37,447 bases of DNA from a virus (lineage: Duplodnaviria > Caudoviricetes), in IMG/VR virus record IMGVR_UViG_3300020044_005221, positions 1-37,447 of that record. One strand, given 5' to 3'. Below are positions 7,990-18,500 of the stretch, piece after piece (position 1 is the first letter of the stretch; every line of letters begins with the position of its first letter). The translations under genes and the position numbers were made by a program. Below the pieces are notes generated by a model. That model did not search any database and was not told the origin of the DNA. It was given only the letters and a program-made list of their open reading frames with translations.

Positions 7990-10640
7990 TGAGCGGAGCT
8001 AATGTTTGGTCTCCTGGCGGAGATATTGAGACTGCGCGCACTGTAGGTCTCTTATATAAAGGTACTTCAGAGACCTCTAATACTATTGGGGATACTGGTA
8101 CTAGGACATTTATTACCCAGCCTGATCTCTATTTTGGGGTCGGTGAATGGATACTTATCGTAGATCAAAATAATATTACTAATTGGATGAGTGGTCAAGT
8201 AGTAAGCTATGATGATGAAGATGGTACATTGGTATTTGCTCCTCAAGTTAAATCTGGTTCTGGTACTTATTCTGATTGGAATATCTATATCTCAGGTGTG
8301 TGGATTAACCAAGCTTGGACTGGTGGAATTGCTGTTAACGCAGTGGAGATTCAGAATACTCTTGAGGTAGATGGCTTAGGTACTTTTAATGATGGGTTGA
8401 CTGTAACAGGTAATATTAAAGCTACTGCTGGGGATATTAATCTTAATGTCACCACTTCTTTATCTGACGCTGATGTTACTCTTACTGTAGCGCAGTTATT
8501 TGGTGGAACCTTAGTAATTACTCCGACAGCTTCTCGTGTATTAACTCTGCCCACAGCAGCACAGATAATTGCATACCTTACCAATTATGAAGTAGGTTCT
8601 CATTTTGAGTTCACGATAGTTAATAATACCACGACAGCGATTACAGTTGCTCCAGGCTCAGGAATTATTCAACAAGGGAAGACTATTGTTCAAGATGGCT
8701 CAGTGACTTTTAAAGTTACAGTTGATTCACCTACTGTAGTTAGTGTTATTAACTTGACATCTTCTATCTTAGCCGCGCGGGTAGGTAATATTAGCTCTTC
8801 GCAGACTACAGCTATGGTCGCGGATTTAGTACTTACTAGCCTAAGTGCAGGACTTCAATTAGTTTCTGCGCAGCAAGACGGTCTTAATATTATTTTACCT
8901 GATGCTACTACTTTATATGTTTCCTCTCCGACATTCCAATTATCTAATACTGGAATGTACGCTATTGGAGTTAGGGATAAGGCAGGTAATTTACTAACTG
9001 TTCTTGATGGTAAAGGACAAGCTACATTATCTCTAGCTGATTCCTCTACCTTAGCAGGTGTGTGGTCAATCACTGGAGTTAAGTTAGTCCCTGGAATGAT
9101 TAATTATCTTACCACTCTATCTGCGTCTTATGGAGTGGATTATATATTTAATAAGTTTGTCCAGCTAGATGCTTCTACTTCTGTGCATTTTTGCTCGATA
9201 GCCTCTAATGGTCTAGCTGCTTTTATTGTTGACTCAGTTAATAAGACAGTAAGTGCTCCATCGACTATTACCACAACAGCAGCAACAATAGTAAATGGCG
9301 CTTTTCAAATTGATGCCACCCGACTTATTGTATTCTATAGTGATGCAACTAATAATTTACGCGCTGTAGTTCTCACTAAGTCAGGAAGTGTTTTAGGTGT
9401 AGGAACACCAGTTGCTACAGGAGCTATTACTGATATAGCGAGTGATATAGGTATTAATGCGCCGCGAATTGTACAGTTAGATTCCAATCTATTTGTGGTT
9501 GGTAATTCTATTGTAGGTGCTAACCCAGTCACTGCAATCGGTTGCTGGGTTAATGGTGCTAACACTGTGGTATTTGGTTCTCCTCTTAATGTCGATGCTA
9601 CTAACCAAGGTTTAGGTAATGCTGTAGCTGTAGAGAAATTAACTACTACAACTGCTGCATTTATGTATACCCGATTTAATGGAGTATCTACTTATCAAGA
9701 TCGGATTGCAGTTGTCTCGGTTACTAATGCTAATCCACCAGTTTGCACAGTTGGCACGCCGCAGAATACCTTATTAACTACCTCTGCTGGCGGTTCTGTA
9801 ACTGGAGTGAGTTTCTGGTACACTAAGTTATCAGCCACTCTAATATTGATTACAGATAATAATGCTAATAACGGAGATATTGTTGGCGTCGGTTGTGTAA
9901 TTGCTGGTACTGCTGTAACTGTAGGATCACCTGCTACAATAGATACTGGTAAGTCTGCGACAGGTTGGGATTATACTACCTCTAATGCAGACAGATATAA
10001 ACCTCATCTTTATGCAATTGATGCTACAAGGGCGCTGATCTGGTACTTAGCTCCTAATGGCTCATCCCGCTCTTATTGTGGAATCCTTACAGTGAATGCA
10101 AGTACTGGAGCTATCACACAAGGTAATAAGGTATCAGGATCATTTAGTACAGCTAATAGTGGTTCTGCTGGATTCGGTGCTATACTTCCGCCTAGCGCAG
10201 ATCACTTTATTGCCATTGTGCTAATTGATGCTACACTTAAAACATTCGCAGCGATGGTTCATAAGCTTTCTGGTACAGATATCACAACAGGGGAATTAGT
10301 ATATTTAGGTAATTTACTCGGGATTTCTAATCCTGCTACTGATCTATTGGTAGGTAAACTTGGACAATATGGCTATGCCATTGGCGCCTATACAGCTAAT
10401 GTATTTGGTGGTGACTTTGGATTAGAGATATTACGGGCAGATGGTTTTAAGTTGACTTCTTCGGGTAGGATACGTAAATATGCCGGTGGGGCGCGAAAAG
10501 GTACTTCTGGCACAATGGCACCTTACTTTCCTGTTATGTCAAATACTCGATTAATAGCTCTTTCTGCAACCCGAGAAACTATTGCACCTGCAAGTGGCCC
10601 ACAATTACAAGTTGCTGATATAATCACTACAGCAAGTTAG
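7986..10640 (+). CDS. Fibre / receptor-binding protein with internal decoration-like domain and C-terminal repeat (beta-propeller-like) region
   Basis: 884 aa, G/T/S/V-rich; ~55-65 aa repeats ending in G[TS]P-like turns; ATGA overlap with adaptor. Confidence 0.75.
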   Translation: MMSGANVWSPGGDIETARTVGLLYKGTSETSNTIGDTGTRTFITQPDLYFGVGEWILIVDQNNITNWMSGQVVSYDDEDGTLVFAPQVKSGSGTYSDWNIYISGVWINQAWTGGIAVNAVEIQNTLEVDGLGTFNDGLTVTGNIKATAGDINLNVTTSLSDADVTLTVAQLFGGTLVITPTASRVLTLPTAAQIIAYLTNYEVGSHFEFTIVNNTTTAITVAPGSGIIQQGKTIVQDGSVTFKVTVDSPTVVSVINLTSSILAARVGNISSSQTTAMVADLVLTSLSAGLQLVSAQQDGLNIILPDATTLYVSSPTFQLSNTGMYAIGVRDKAGNLLTVLDGKGQATLSLADSSTLAGVWSITGVKLVPGMINYLTTLSASYGVDYIFNKFVQLDASTSVHFCSIASNGLAAFIVDSVNKTVSAPSTITTTAATIVNGAFQIDATRLIVFYSDATNNLRAVVLTKSGSVLGVGTPVATGAITDIASDIGINAPRIVQLDSNLFVVGNSIVGANPVTAIGCWVNGANTVVFGSPLNVDATNQGLGNAVAVEKLTTTTAAFMYTRFNGVSTYQDRIAVVSVTNANPPVCTVGTPQNTLLTTSAGGSVTGVSFWYTKLSATLILITDNNANNGDIVGVGCVIAGTAVTVGSPATIDTGKSATGWDYTTSNADRYKPHLYAIDATRALIWYLAPNGSSRSYCGILTVNASTGAITQGNKVSGSFSTANSGSAGFGAILPPSADHFIAIVLIDATLKTFAAMVHKLSGTDITTGELVYLGNLLGISNPATDLLVGKLGQYGYAIGAYTANVFGGDFGLEILRADGFKLTSSGRIRKYAGGARKGTSGTMAPYFPVMSNTRLIALSATRETIAPASGPQLQVADIITTAS

Positions 10641-10667
10641 GATTGCTTAGATTAGGTAGGAAATAAA

Positions 10668-12200
10668 ATGACAATATTACAGCATAGAATTAACTTAGAT
10701 TCTCCTACCTTTCCTCTTTTAAGTGAGCTTTTAGGTAGGACTATAATTGTGAGAGGAAGTGATCAAACTCATCCTCAGACATTAGCTACCACTATTGCAG
10801 CTGATCCTCCACAATTATATTATGCTCATAATGTTGTACCTACCCCATTTGGATATCAGAGTATTGGATATAAAGAGTTCATCGCTCGCACAACTAGAAC
10901 TGATTTTAAAGATATAATTACTATCTATGAAGGAGCAAGTAGTAAGGTAGGCTTATTAGGGATTACTGAATTAGGAGTTCTTTTAGTTTCTACCTTAATT
11001 AACCCAGAATGGCGGGAAGTTGTTCTCTCTGATGGAGCATCACCTAGAGGTCGTAATATTACCTTTGCCTTTGTGCGCGGAGTTACTTATCTTTATGTCA
11101 GTGGGATAGGATGTTATGTATATAACTTCACAACTAATGTTCTTGTAAGGACTACGTTAGGAGGATTAAATCCAGCTAATATTTATGGTATTGTTGGGGC
11201 TAATGGTTACATGCTGGCCTTTGGTATTTCTAACGCTGTAGCTTGGTCAAGTCCTCTTGATCCTACTGACTTTATTCCCTCTCTTAATACAGGTGCTGGA
11301 GCCGGTAATATTGAAGGGGCGCAAGGGGAGACAGTAGCAGCAATCGCGGTACAGAATGGAGTTATCTTTCTTAATGCTAAGAATGCTGTATCAGCTAATT
11401 ATCAAGCGAATCAAAGATTCCCATTCTTGTTTAATGTAGTAGTTGGCTGTGGTGGATTGAGTGATGCTAAGTTTGCAGCTTCTCTGACTCTTGATTCAAC
11501 TAGTGCTTATGCTTATACAACATCAGGACTACAAGCAATCACAATAAGACAAGCTGAGTTTATCGCACCAGAGATAACAGAGTTTCTCAGTGGTCGTAGG
11601 TTAGAGGATTTTGATGAAGATACTCTCCTCTTCTCTACGACCACACCTAATAATGTTATTAAGAAGAAACTTGCTTGGATCGCAGATCGCTATCTGATAG
11701 TATCTTATGGAGATGAACTTTTATCTCATGCCATTGTTTTAGATACAATGCTTATGAGGATTGGTAAGCTTAAGATAGATCATGTTGCTGTATTCGAATT
11801 TACTCTATATGATCAGACTGTATTTGAGACTCCTAAGAAGAGTATAGGAGTTCTTAAGCAAGATGGATCAGTGGTAGTAGTTGATACAGATATAGCCGCT
11901 GAGAACTCTTCGGGCGTTATACTTCTTGGTAAGTATCAATATGTGCGGGAACGCTGGCTTGTTATTGAGAAAGTGGAGCTAGAGAACATATTACCTGGAA
12001 CACCTTTTAATCTATATGATCTTGTGACTTATGATGGTAAGACTTTTCAAGCTCCAGTTGCAGGATATGATAAAGGTAACACAGGTAAGAGTAAGGCTTA
12101 TATGTTCCATGCGGCTGGAGTTAATCACTCTTTATTAGGAATAGGTAGATTCAATTTAGTATCTGGTGTACTTTCCTTTCATATACATGGGAAGAAATAA
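10668..12200 (+). CDS. Tail nozzle / tail tubular protein B-like
   Basis: 510 aa, beta-rich, WSSPLDPTDFIPSLNTGAG motif; position after adaptor and fibre. Confidence 0.65.
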   Translation: MTILQHRINLDSPTFPLLSELLGRTIIVRGSDQTHPQTLATTIAADPPQLYYAHNVVPTPFGYQSIGYKEFIARTTRTDFKDIITIYEGASSKVGLLGITELGVLLVSTLINPEWREVVLSDGASPRGRNITFAFVRGVTYLYVSGIGCYVYNFTTNVLVRTTLGGLNPANIYGIVGANGYMLAFGISNAVAWSSPLDPTDFIPSLNTGAGAGNIEGAQGETVAAIAVQNGVIFLNAKNAVSANYQANQRFPFLFNVVVGCGGLSDAKFAASLTLDSTSAYAYTTSGLQAITIRQAEFIAPEITEFLSGRRLEDFDEDTLLFSTTTPNNVIKKKLAWIADRYLIVSYGDELLSHAIVLDTMLMRIGKLKIDHVAVFEFTLYDQTVFETPKKSIGVLKQDGSVVVVDTDIAAENSSGVILLGKYQYVRERWLVIEKVELENILPGTPFNLYDLVTYDGKTFQAPVAGYDKGNTGKSKAYMFHAAGVNHSLLGIGRFNLVSGVLSFHIHGKK

Positions 12201-12688
12201 TGACTCAAGACCTTAATTTTGATTTACTCTTACCAGTAGCTCCTTCTGCTTTATTGGAACCTACAGTGTATACTGAACTTAATGTTATCTATAGGGCAAT
12301 CAGGAGTGTTGCTGATCAAGTGGGAGGTGGAGATATGATAGGTTGGATTGATCTTTCAGAGTCAGCTAGTATTGTGGGGTGGAGTTCATTCACTACTAAA
12401 TTACTAGCAGCTAGACAGATTAATATTGACTCTATCTTAATCTCTTATTTCCTATCCGGCGAAAGTGATTCTACTGAGATATCTTTTATATTATCTAAGG
12501 AAGCTACAGTTTCCAATTATGCAGTAGCTGGATTGGCAAGAGATAATAATAATCTCCTTGCGTCTCCTGCGCAGTTAGTTCTATTACAAGATAGCAATAT
12601 TGTTAATGTCTATCGAGATGTTACTGGTGCTGCATGGACTGCATCAGGTACTAAAGAAATAGCTGGACAATTTATATATCAATTTTAA
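12200..12688 (+). CDS. Tail-associated protein with fibre-tip-like C-terminal beta domain
   Basis: TAATG-coupled to nozzle; C-terminus (GWSSFTTK...IAGQFIYQF) resembles fibre-tip beta sandwiches. Confidence 0.5.
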   Translation: MTQDLNFDLLLPVAPSALLEPTVYTELNVIYRAIRSVADQVGGGDMIGWIDLSESASIVGWSSFTTKLLAARQINIDSILISYFLSGESDSTEISFILSKEATVSNYAVAGLARDNNNLLASPAQLVLLQDSNIVNVYRDVTGAAWTASGTKEIAGQFIYQF

Positions 12689-12716
12689 TCATTAGAAAAT
12701 AATTAAGGAGAATATT

Positions 12717-13868
12717 ATGGGAACTCCAGCAAGTGCTTTAGGTGCAGTAGCTAGTGGTGCAGGAAGTGTAGGTTCTTTATTGAGTGGAGTATCTTCCCTC
12801 CTCCCAACTACTACGACCCAATCAGGTAGTTATCAGAATACAGCAAAGGCTACTTCTGATACTGTAGGTCTTCAAGGTAATATTAGTGCTACCACTACTA
12901 AAGAGGAAGGGACTTCTACTACTAGAAGTAATTCGGCTAATACTTCTGTACAAGATATCCTTAATAAGATTCTTAGTAATTCTACCTCTTCTCAAGTAGG
13001 AAGTGAAACTAATGTAGGTAAAGCTACTCAGACTGCTGCGACTTCTAATATAGAAAATTTCTCTGGTCAACAGAACCAATCTGTCCAACAAACTCTTCTG
13101 ACTGATCCTGCCGTGATGCGGATTGTTAACTTGATGTTCCAAGGCGATGGTGGAGTTCCAGGTCTGCAAGCAGTTGCTTCTGGTGAGCGCAATGCAGGAG
13201 TATTCAATAGCTCTACTAATCAGATGATGCTTAATAATCTAATAGCTACCGTGGGTGGAGAAGTTGCAAGATTATCTGCTCCAGTAGTTACTAACCAAAA
13301 TGTAGGTGCTACTAGCACAGCACAAAGTGGACAAAGTTCTGTAGTGTCTGATACGATTAATAAAATTGTTAGTCAGTTATCAGCGAATACTGAACAAAGT
13401 CAATCAGGTACTACGAAAGGAACTACTACTGACACTGCCACTGGATCGCAGCAGTCGGAGAACTCTACAACTCAGGAAGCGCTTTCTCAATTGATAAGTT
13501 TAGCACTTCAAAGTGTTGATCAGAGTTCTGAAAGTGAAGGTACAAGTAAGACTAAGACTAAGTCTAAGAAGTTTCCTAGTGCTGTAGGATTTATTGTATT
13601 TGGACTTATGGGTGCCACAATGGAGCATCCAGTCTATGCTGCTAATCAAGCCTTTGCTAAGAATGAATTCTCTACTAAAGACTTGCTTGAATATTACAGA
13701 TTTAGTAAGCGCTTGGAAACTAAGTTAAGAGAGTGCCCAGTAGAAGAGATAATTCCAACTCTTCAAACTCTTAATTCTAGCTATGTAACTCCAGTAGCAG
13801 CTGCTTACATTGCAAAAGATGTTACTAAAGCTAAAGAACTTTATTCCAAAATGTTAACTGTTATCTAA
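12717..13868 (+). CDS. Internal virion / ejection protein (S/T/Q-rich)
   Basis: N-terminal G/A/S-rich hydrophobic segment, long low-complexity S/T/Q region, first of three genes of increasing size after the tail genes; TAAGGAG RBS. Confidence 0.6.
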   Translation: MGTPASALGAVASGAGSVGSLLSGVSSLLPTTTTQSGSYQNTAKATSDTVGLQGNISATTTKEEGTSTTRSNSANTSVQDILNKILSNSTSSQVGSETNVGKATQTAATSNIENFSGQQNQSVQQTLLTDPAVMRIVNLMFQGDGGVPGLQAVASGERNAGVFNSSTNQMMLNNLIATVGGEVARLSAPVVTNQNVGATSTAQSGQSSVVSDTINKIVSQLSANTEQSQSGTTKGTTTDTATGSQQSENSTTQEALSQLISLALQSVDQSSESEGTSKTKTKSKKFPSAVGFIVFGLMGATMEHPVYAANQAFAKNEFSTKDLLEYYRFSKRLETKLRECPVEEIIPTLQTLNSSYVTPVAAAYIAKDVTKAKELYSKMLTVI

Positions 13869-13877
13869 TTGGAGCCT

Positions 13878-15527
13878 ATGATGGCTGATGTTAATAGAGC
13901 AATAGAATCTAACACTGCTGAGATTGAAGCTGCTAAAGCTAAACTTCAATCTATCCATGATATCGTAAGTCAGCAATTAGATATTAATACGGAAGCAACA
14001 GCTGGTGGAACTATTACTGGCCCCGATGGTAGAAGAACTACACCAGCTGTAGCAGGCCAAGAAGCTAGTGCTCAATTAGGAGCGCAAGTAGCTAATCAAC
14101 GGCGCGCTGAGACTATTAATTATGAGGATTATTCCAATGAGTTATTAGCTCATATTCAGCAACAAGGACAAGTACGGCGCGAAAATGAAGCTAAGATTGA
14201 TCAGATAAATAATGGCGGAATATTAGATCAAGTTCTAGGATTAGTAACTATTCCTTACTATGCAGCTAAAGTAGATAATGCTCGCATGGCTGAACAATCA
14301 GGAGTGCAGGAATTACGCGCCGCAAATGAGTTAATGCAATCAGGCGCTAGAACTTCTGCGGAGATTCAGACTCGTGTAACAGAAGCTACCAATGCCGATC
14401 TTAATCAAGCGTTGCTAAATGATCAGAAGGCAGCGACGGCTAAAGCCCACATAGTAGCTCTCCAAACTGGCGCTTCCCAAGTTAAAGAGATTCTTAGTCT
14501 CAGTGGTCAACAGTTACATAATGAGATTAAAAAGTTTGAGATTGGTGAAGCAATGGATATGCGCGCTTTAAGGAAAGCACAGATAGAGCAAATGATGGCT
14601 ATGCGTGATCATGCCTTGCAAGATAAAGATGTTAAGAAGAATGCTATTGACTTTATTAATTATGCTCTAACTCAGAACGGTAAGGATCAGATCACTGAGG
14701 AACATACAGCAGGTATCTTAGATCAACTTAATAAGCCAGGTGCCGCAGGTGAGATGTTAAGGGAGCTGTATTCTCAAGGTTTATTAGGGGCTTTATCTGG
14801 CGATAAGTTTACTCAAGGTGGAACACCTGTTGATGCAGCTGCCTTCAGAGAGAAGATAAATTATATTCCTTCTACTGGAACTGAGAGAGATATCCTTTCT
14901 AATGTAGAGGGTGTAATGAGAACCTCTAAAGGTGTACTTGAAGCTAAGTCAGTGAAAGAAAGAATTGAGGCAGGTAATGCCGCAGTTATGTCTCAGTTAG
15001 ACTCTGATCAATCTAATATTACAACAGCCCAAGGAAGTCTTACTAAGCCTATAAGCTGGAGTACAATGTCTCAGTCTCAAGCATTTGCTAATAACAAGGT
15101 ATTTGCTCAAGTAATAGCTCCGCAGATTACAGACAATATTAAAGCTGATCCAATTGATCCTTCTGATTTATTTAAGCGAGTTGGCGCAGCACTTAAAACT
15201 AATCAAATCTCTATTGATGAAGCTGTTGACTTTACTAAGATGTATGCTGGTATGAGTATACAAATGAATAATGTAGGATTGAGGAAGTTAACCGGACTAG
15301 AGCAAACTAAGTTTATAGCTAAGTTACCTCAGCCTAGATTTAATACAAAGCTATTTACATTCCCTACGACTCCAATGGATATACCATTGATGAATCCTAC
15401 ACTTAAATCAATGCTCCCTATGATGCAAGAGTCTGTGGATATGCTTAACAGTAATCGCTTATATGATGCTTATGCTTCTTATTTAAGTGGACAATTAAGA
15501 GAACCTCCTGCAAGCTCCAAAAAATAA
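13878..15527 (+). CDS. Internal virion / ejection protein (start revised to ATG 13878 or 13881)
   Basis: GGAG at 13871-13874; helical A/Q-rich coiled-coil sequence; synteny. Confidence 0.6.
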   Translation: MMADVNRAIESNTAEIEAAKAKLQSIHDIVSQQLDINTEATAGGTITGPDGRRTTPAVAGQEASAQLGAQVANQRRAETINYEDYSNELLAHIQQQGQVRRENEAKIDQINNGGILDQVLGLVTIPYYAAKVDNARMAEQSGVQELRAANELMQSGARTSAEIQTRVTEATNADLNQALLNDQKAATAKAHIVALQTGASQVKEILSLSGQQLHNEIKKFEIGEAMDMRALRKAQIEQMMAMRDHALQDKDVKKNAIDFINYALTQNGKDQITEEHTAGILDQLNKPGAAGEMLRELYSQGLLGALSGDKFTQGGTPVDAAAFREKINYIPSTGTERDILSNVEGVMRTSKGVLEAKSVKERIEAGNAAVMSQLDSDQSNITTAQGSLTKPISWSTMSQSQAFANNKVFAQVIAPQITDNIKADPIDPSDLFKRVGAALKTNQISIDEAVDFTKMYAGMSIQMNNVGLRKLTGLEQTKFIAKLPQPRFNTKLFTFPTTPMDIPLMNPTLKSMLPMMQESVDMLNSNRLYDAYASYLSGQLREPPASSKK

Positions 15528-15536
15528 GGTAATATT

Positions 15537-18500
15537 ATGGCCGAAGAATTCGAACCAACTCAACGTGTTCCATCTTATATGTTGGCAAGTAATACTCACA
15601 ATACCCTTAATAACGGTAATGGAGAGACTCAATCTTTATTTGATGCTACCTATGACTTTGCTACTAAGTTCGTACCATTAGCTGTAGCTAGTGGAGCTAG
15701 TCAGCTTTATAATATTATTCCAACAGTTGGCTCTTGGGCAAGTCCTCTCACAGGTTATAAACCTGAGCAGTTTGATTTCGATAAGGCAGTTGCTGAGTTT
15801 GATTCTGATTTATCTAAATATTATCAGGAACATAAACTTGGTACAGATGCTCTTGGCTTCGTTGCTAGTTCTTTAGTTCCTGGAATGGCTGGAGTTAAGA
15901 TATTTAATGCAGGGCAGAAAAGTTTACAGGCGGCAATAGCTTCTGGTAAGGTAGGTACTGGCCCATATAGTAAAGCTTTAGGACTCTTAGCACCTCAAAG
16001 AGATAAATACATAGATGCTGCTACTGCCGCATTAAGAGATACTGGTAATGTATTTAAGCTCACTGAGACTAACACGCTTAAAGCTCTTGCTGCTGGAACC
16101 TGGCAAAATGCTTTAGAAGGAGCTGCATTCACAGCCGTAGTTAATGCTACAATGTATGAATCCCCAGTTCTGGATGAAAGAAGTGTAGGTGATCTTACTG
16201 GAGATATCTTAGTAGGCGCTGCTTTAGGTGGAGTTGTGGGAGGACTTATTAGCGGGGTTACTGCGACCGGAGCGATTAAAAGAGGTATCGCAGAAGCTGA
16301 TACTCAGATTGCAAAGTTTGGAATCTCTGATGTTCCTACAGGTAATATGTCTGAATCAGATAAGCTCTTATTCACTCTTAATCAGCTTGAGCAAAAGACT
16401 GCATTGAATCCCGCCGAAATGGGCGACTTAGCAGAAAGGGCTAAAACCTTACAAGACTCTACAAAGTCTAAACTTCAAACTCAAGTAAGAGAAGGATTCC
16501 AGAATCTTACTGGAGGAGATACAGTACTTGCTCAGTATCTTAATGATACCACCAAGCTAGGTACAGCTAAGAATGCGGCAGATAACTTTCTTGATTCCCA
16601 TAGAGTTTCAAGAGTTAGTTCTGTTACGTCCGTAGAAACTCAACTGTCAAAAATTCGTACTAAGCTTAAAGAATCTGGTGATGATCTATCAGTTCTTTCT
16701 GAAGAAGAATCTAAACTCTATAGGAATACCAGAGTATCTTATCTTAAGATTCGTGGAGAGGATGCTGGTAAAGTGACTGATGAAAGACCTATTACCTTAG
16801 AGCTTGCTGACAGACTTGGGCCAGGCGAACGTATGGAAGTAAGAGATGCTGGAGTACAGGTAGGTAAGAGATTCTTTCGGCATGAAAATAATATTCATAA
16901 GCCTTTTAACTTGATGCAAGCATCTTCGGCAGAAGTGCAATCAAGATATCTATGGGCTAATAAACAGCCTAAGTGGGAATATGATCCAGCTAACCTTAAG
17001 ACAGTTCATATCAATGATATTCCTCTGTTAACAAAGGCAATGAACGATGGCCTAGACGCTATTAAAGTAATGCCTGAGTCTGGTCTGGTAAATGATATAT
17101 ATACCATCAATGGTAGAGATTCTATTAAGTCTCTCATTGAGCGCCAAAAAGCTGATCTTAGCTCCCGTATGGTACAGATGGAAACTGCTCCACAGACTGT
17201 AGAAGATTTTGTCAATACAGCTTCTTCAATGTTAGGAATCCAATTTAATCTCGTAAGCAGATTAGGAAAAGGTTTTGCTGACACTATTGAGGGTGTAGTT
17301 AATAATAAAACTGTGCAAGGTCAAGTCATTGCTATGCCGCTGAGCGCCACACATCGTAAATCTTTGATGGCAAATATCTCAGAACTTAAGCGGCTTGAAG
17401 GGCATGTAATATTCCAGGGGCTTGTGGACTCATCAGGAGTGGCTGCACAGAACCTGAAAGCTATGACGTCCAACTATACCACACCGATAATGCAAGAGGT
17501 TATAGACCTTTCTAAGGCTCGTAACCCTACCTTGTGGAAGTCAAATAAGCCTGAGCAAATAGATCGGCGCCGAAATGTATCAGAACTTTTCGCATCTGCA
17601 TTCTCGTACTTATCAAGCCATCCTGATAAGTTAAAAGATATGCCCGAGTTTAATAAGTTTGCAGGGCATTTGATTAAACCTATTCCTCAGTCAGTCTTAG
17701 ACTCAGTTTCCTTGAGGGCTAGTAAATTATCCTTTACTGAGATAGCATCTAGGCTTGATATGAAAGAATCAGTCTTAAGAGGAGCGCATAAAGAGGGTGA
17801 CTTATTTGCTCGTAACTCTGCAATGAAAGATTATCAAGAGCTAGTAAAAACAGCTGGCACACGCCCATCGGAGCAAGTTAGCAGCATAGACGAATTACCT
17901 ACTTATGTTAAAATTCTCTCTGATGCTTCAAGATATCAAGGACTTGATGGGCATGTCGTAGATGCAATGACTAACTTAAGAGCTAAAGCTTCTCTCTATG
18001 ATGAAGCAACTAACAGGACAGCTACTCAATTTCTAGGTACACAAACTCCTGATATTCCAGATGCTCTCTTAGTTGGCTCAGGTGAAGTTGGCCCATCATT
18101 TACAGGATTCACCAGAGGAGATTATGGTACTCTGGATTCAATGACTTCTAGGGTAGGTCAAATAGTTGATCTTAAGATTAAGGAGAAAAAGACTGCTGTT
18201 TCTGATCTTCTGACTCCTCAACTTACTAAACTTGCTGGGAATACTGATGCAGCTATTGAGTGGAGTATGCTTAATGAGACTATCCGTGGACTACCTGGTA
18301 AGTTTAAATATGCAGAAGATGCTCCTGGTATTGGCTCGAGGCTTGTAAATGAAGAGGGTAAAGCGATACCAATCAAATCTTCTATTGTGGCTGATTTAGC
18401 TAAGAGTCACATTAAGCAAAATGGAGAGAATGAGAATTGGCTTCAGTTATTTAGAAGCGCAGAAGGCAATCAATTTAATCGTGATCCTGAAGTATTCTAT

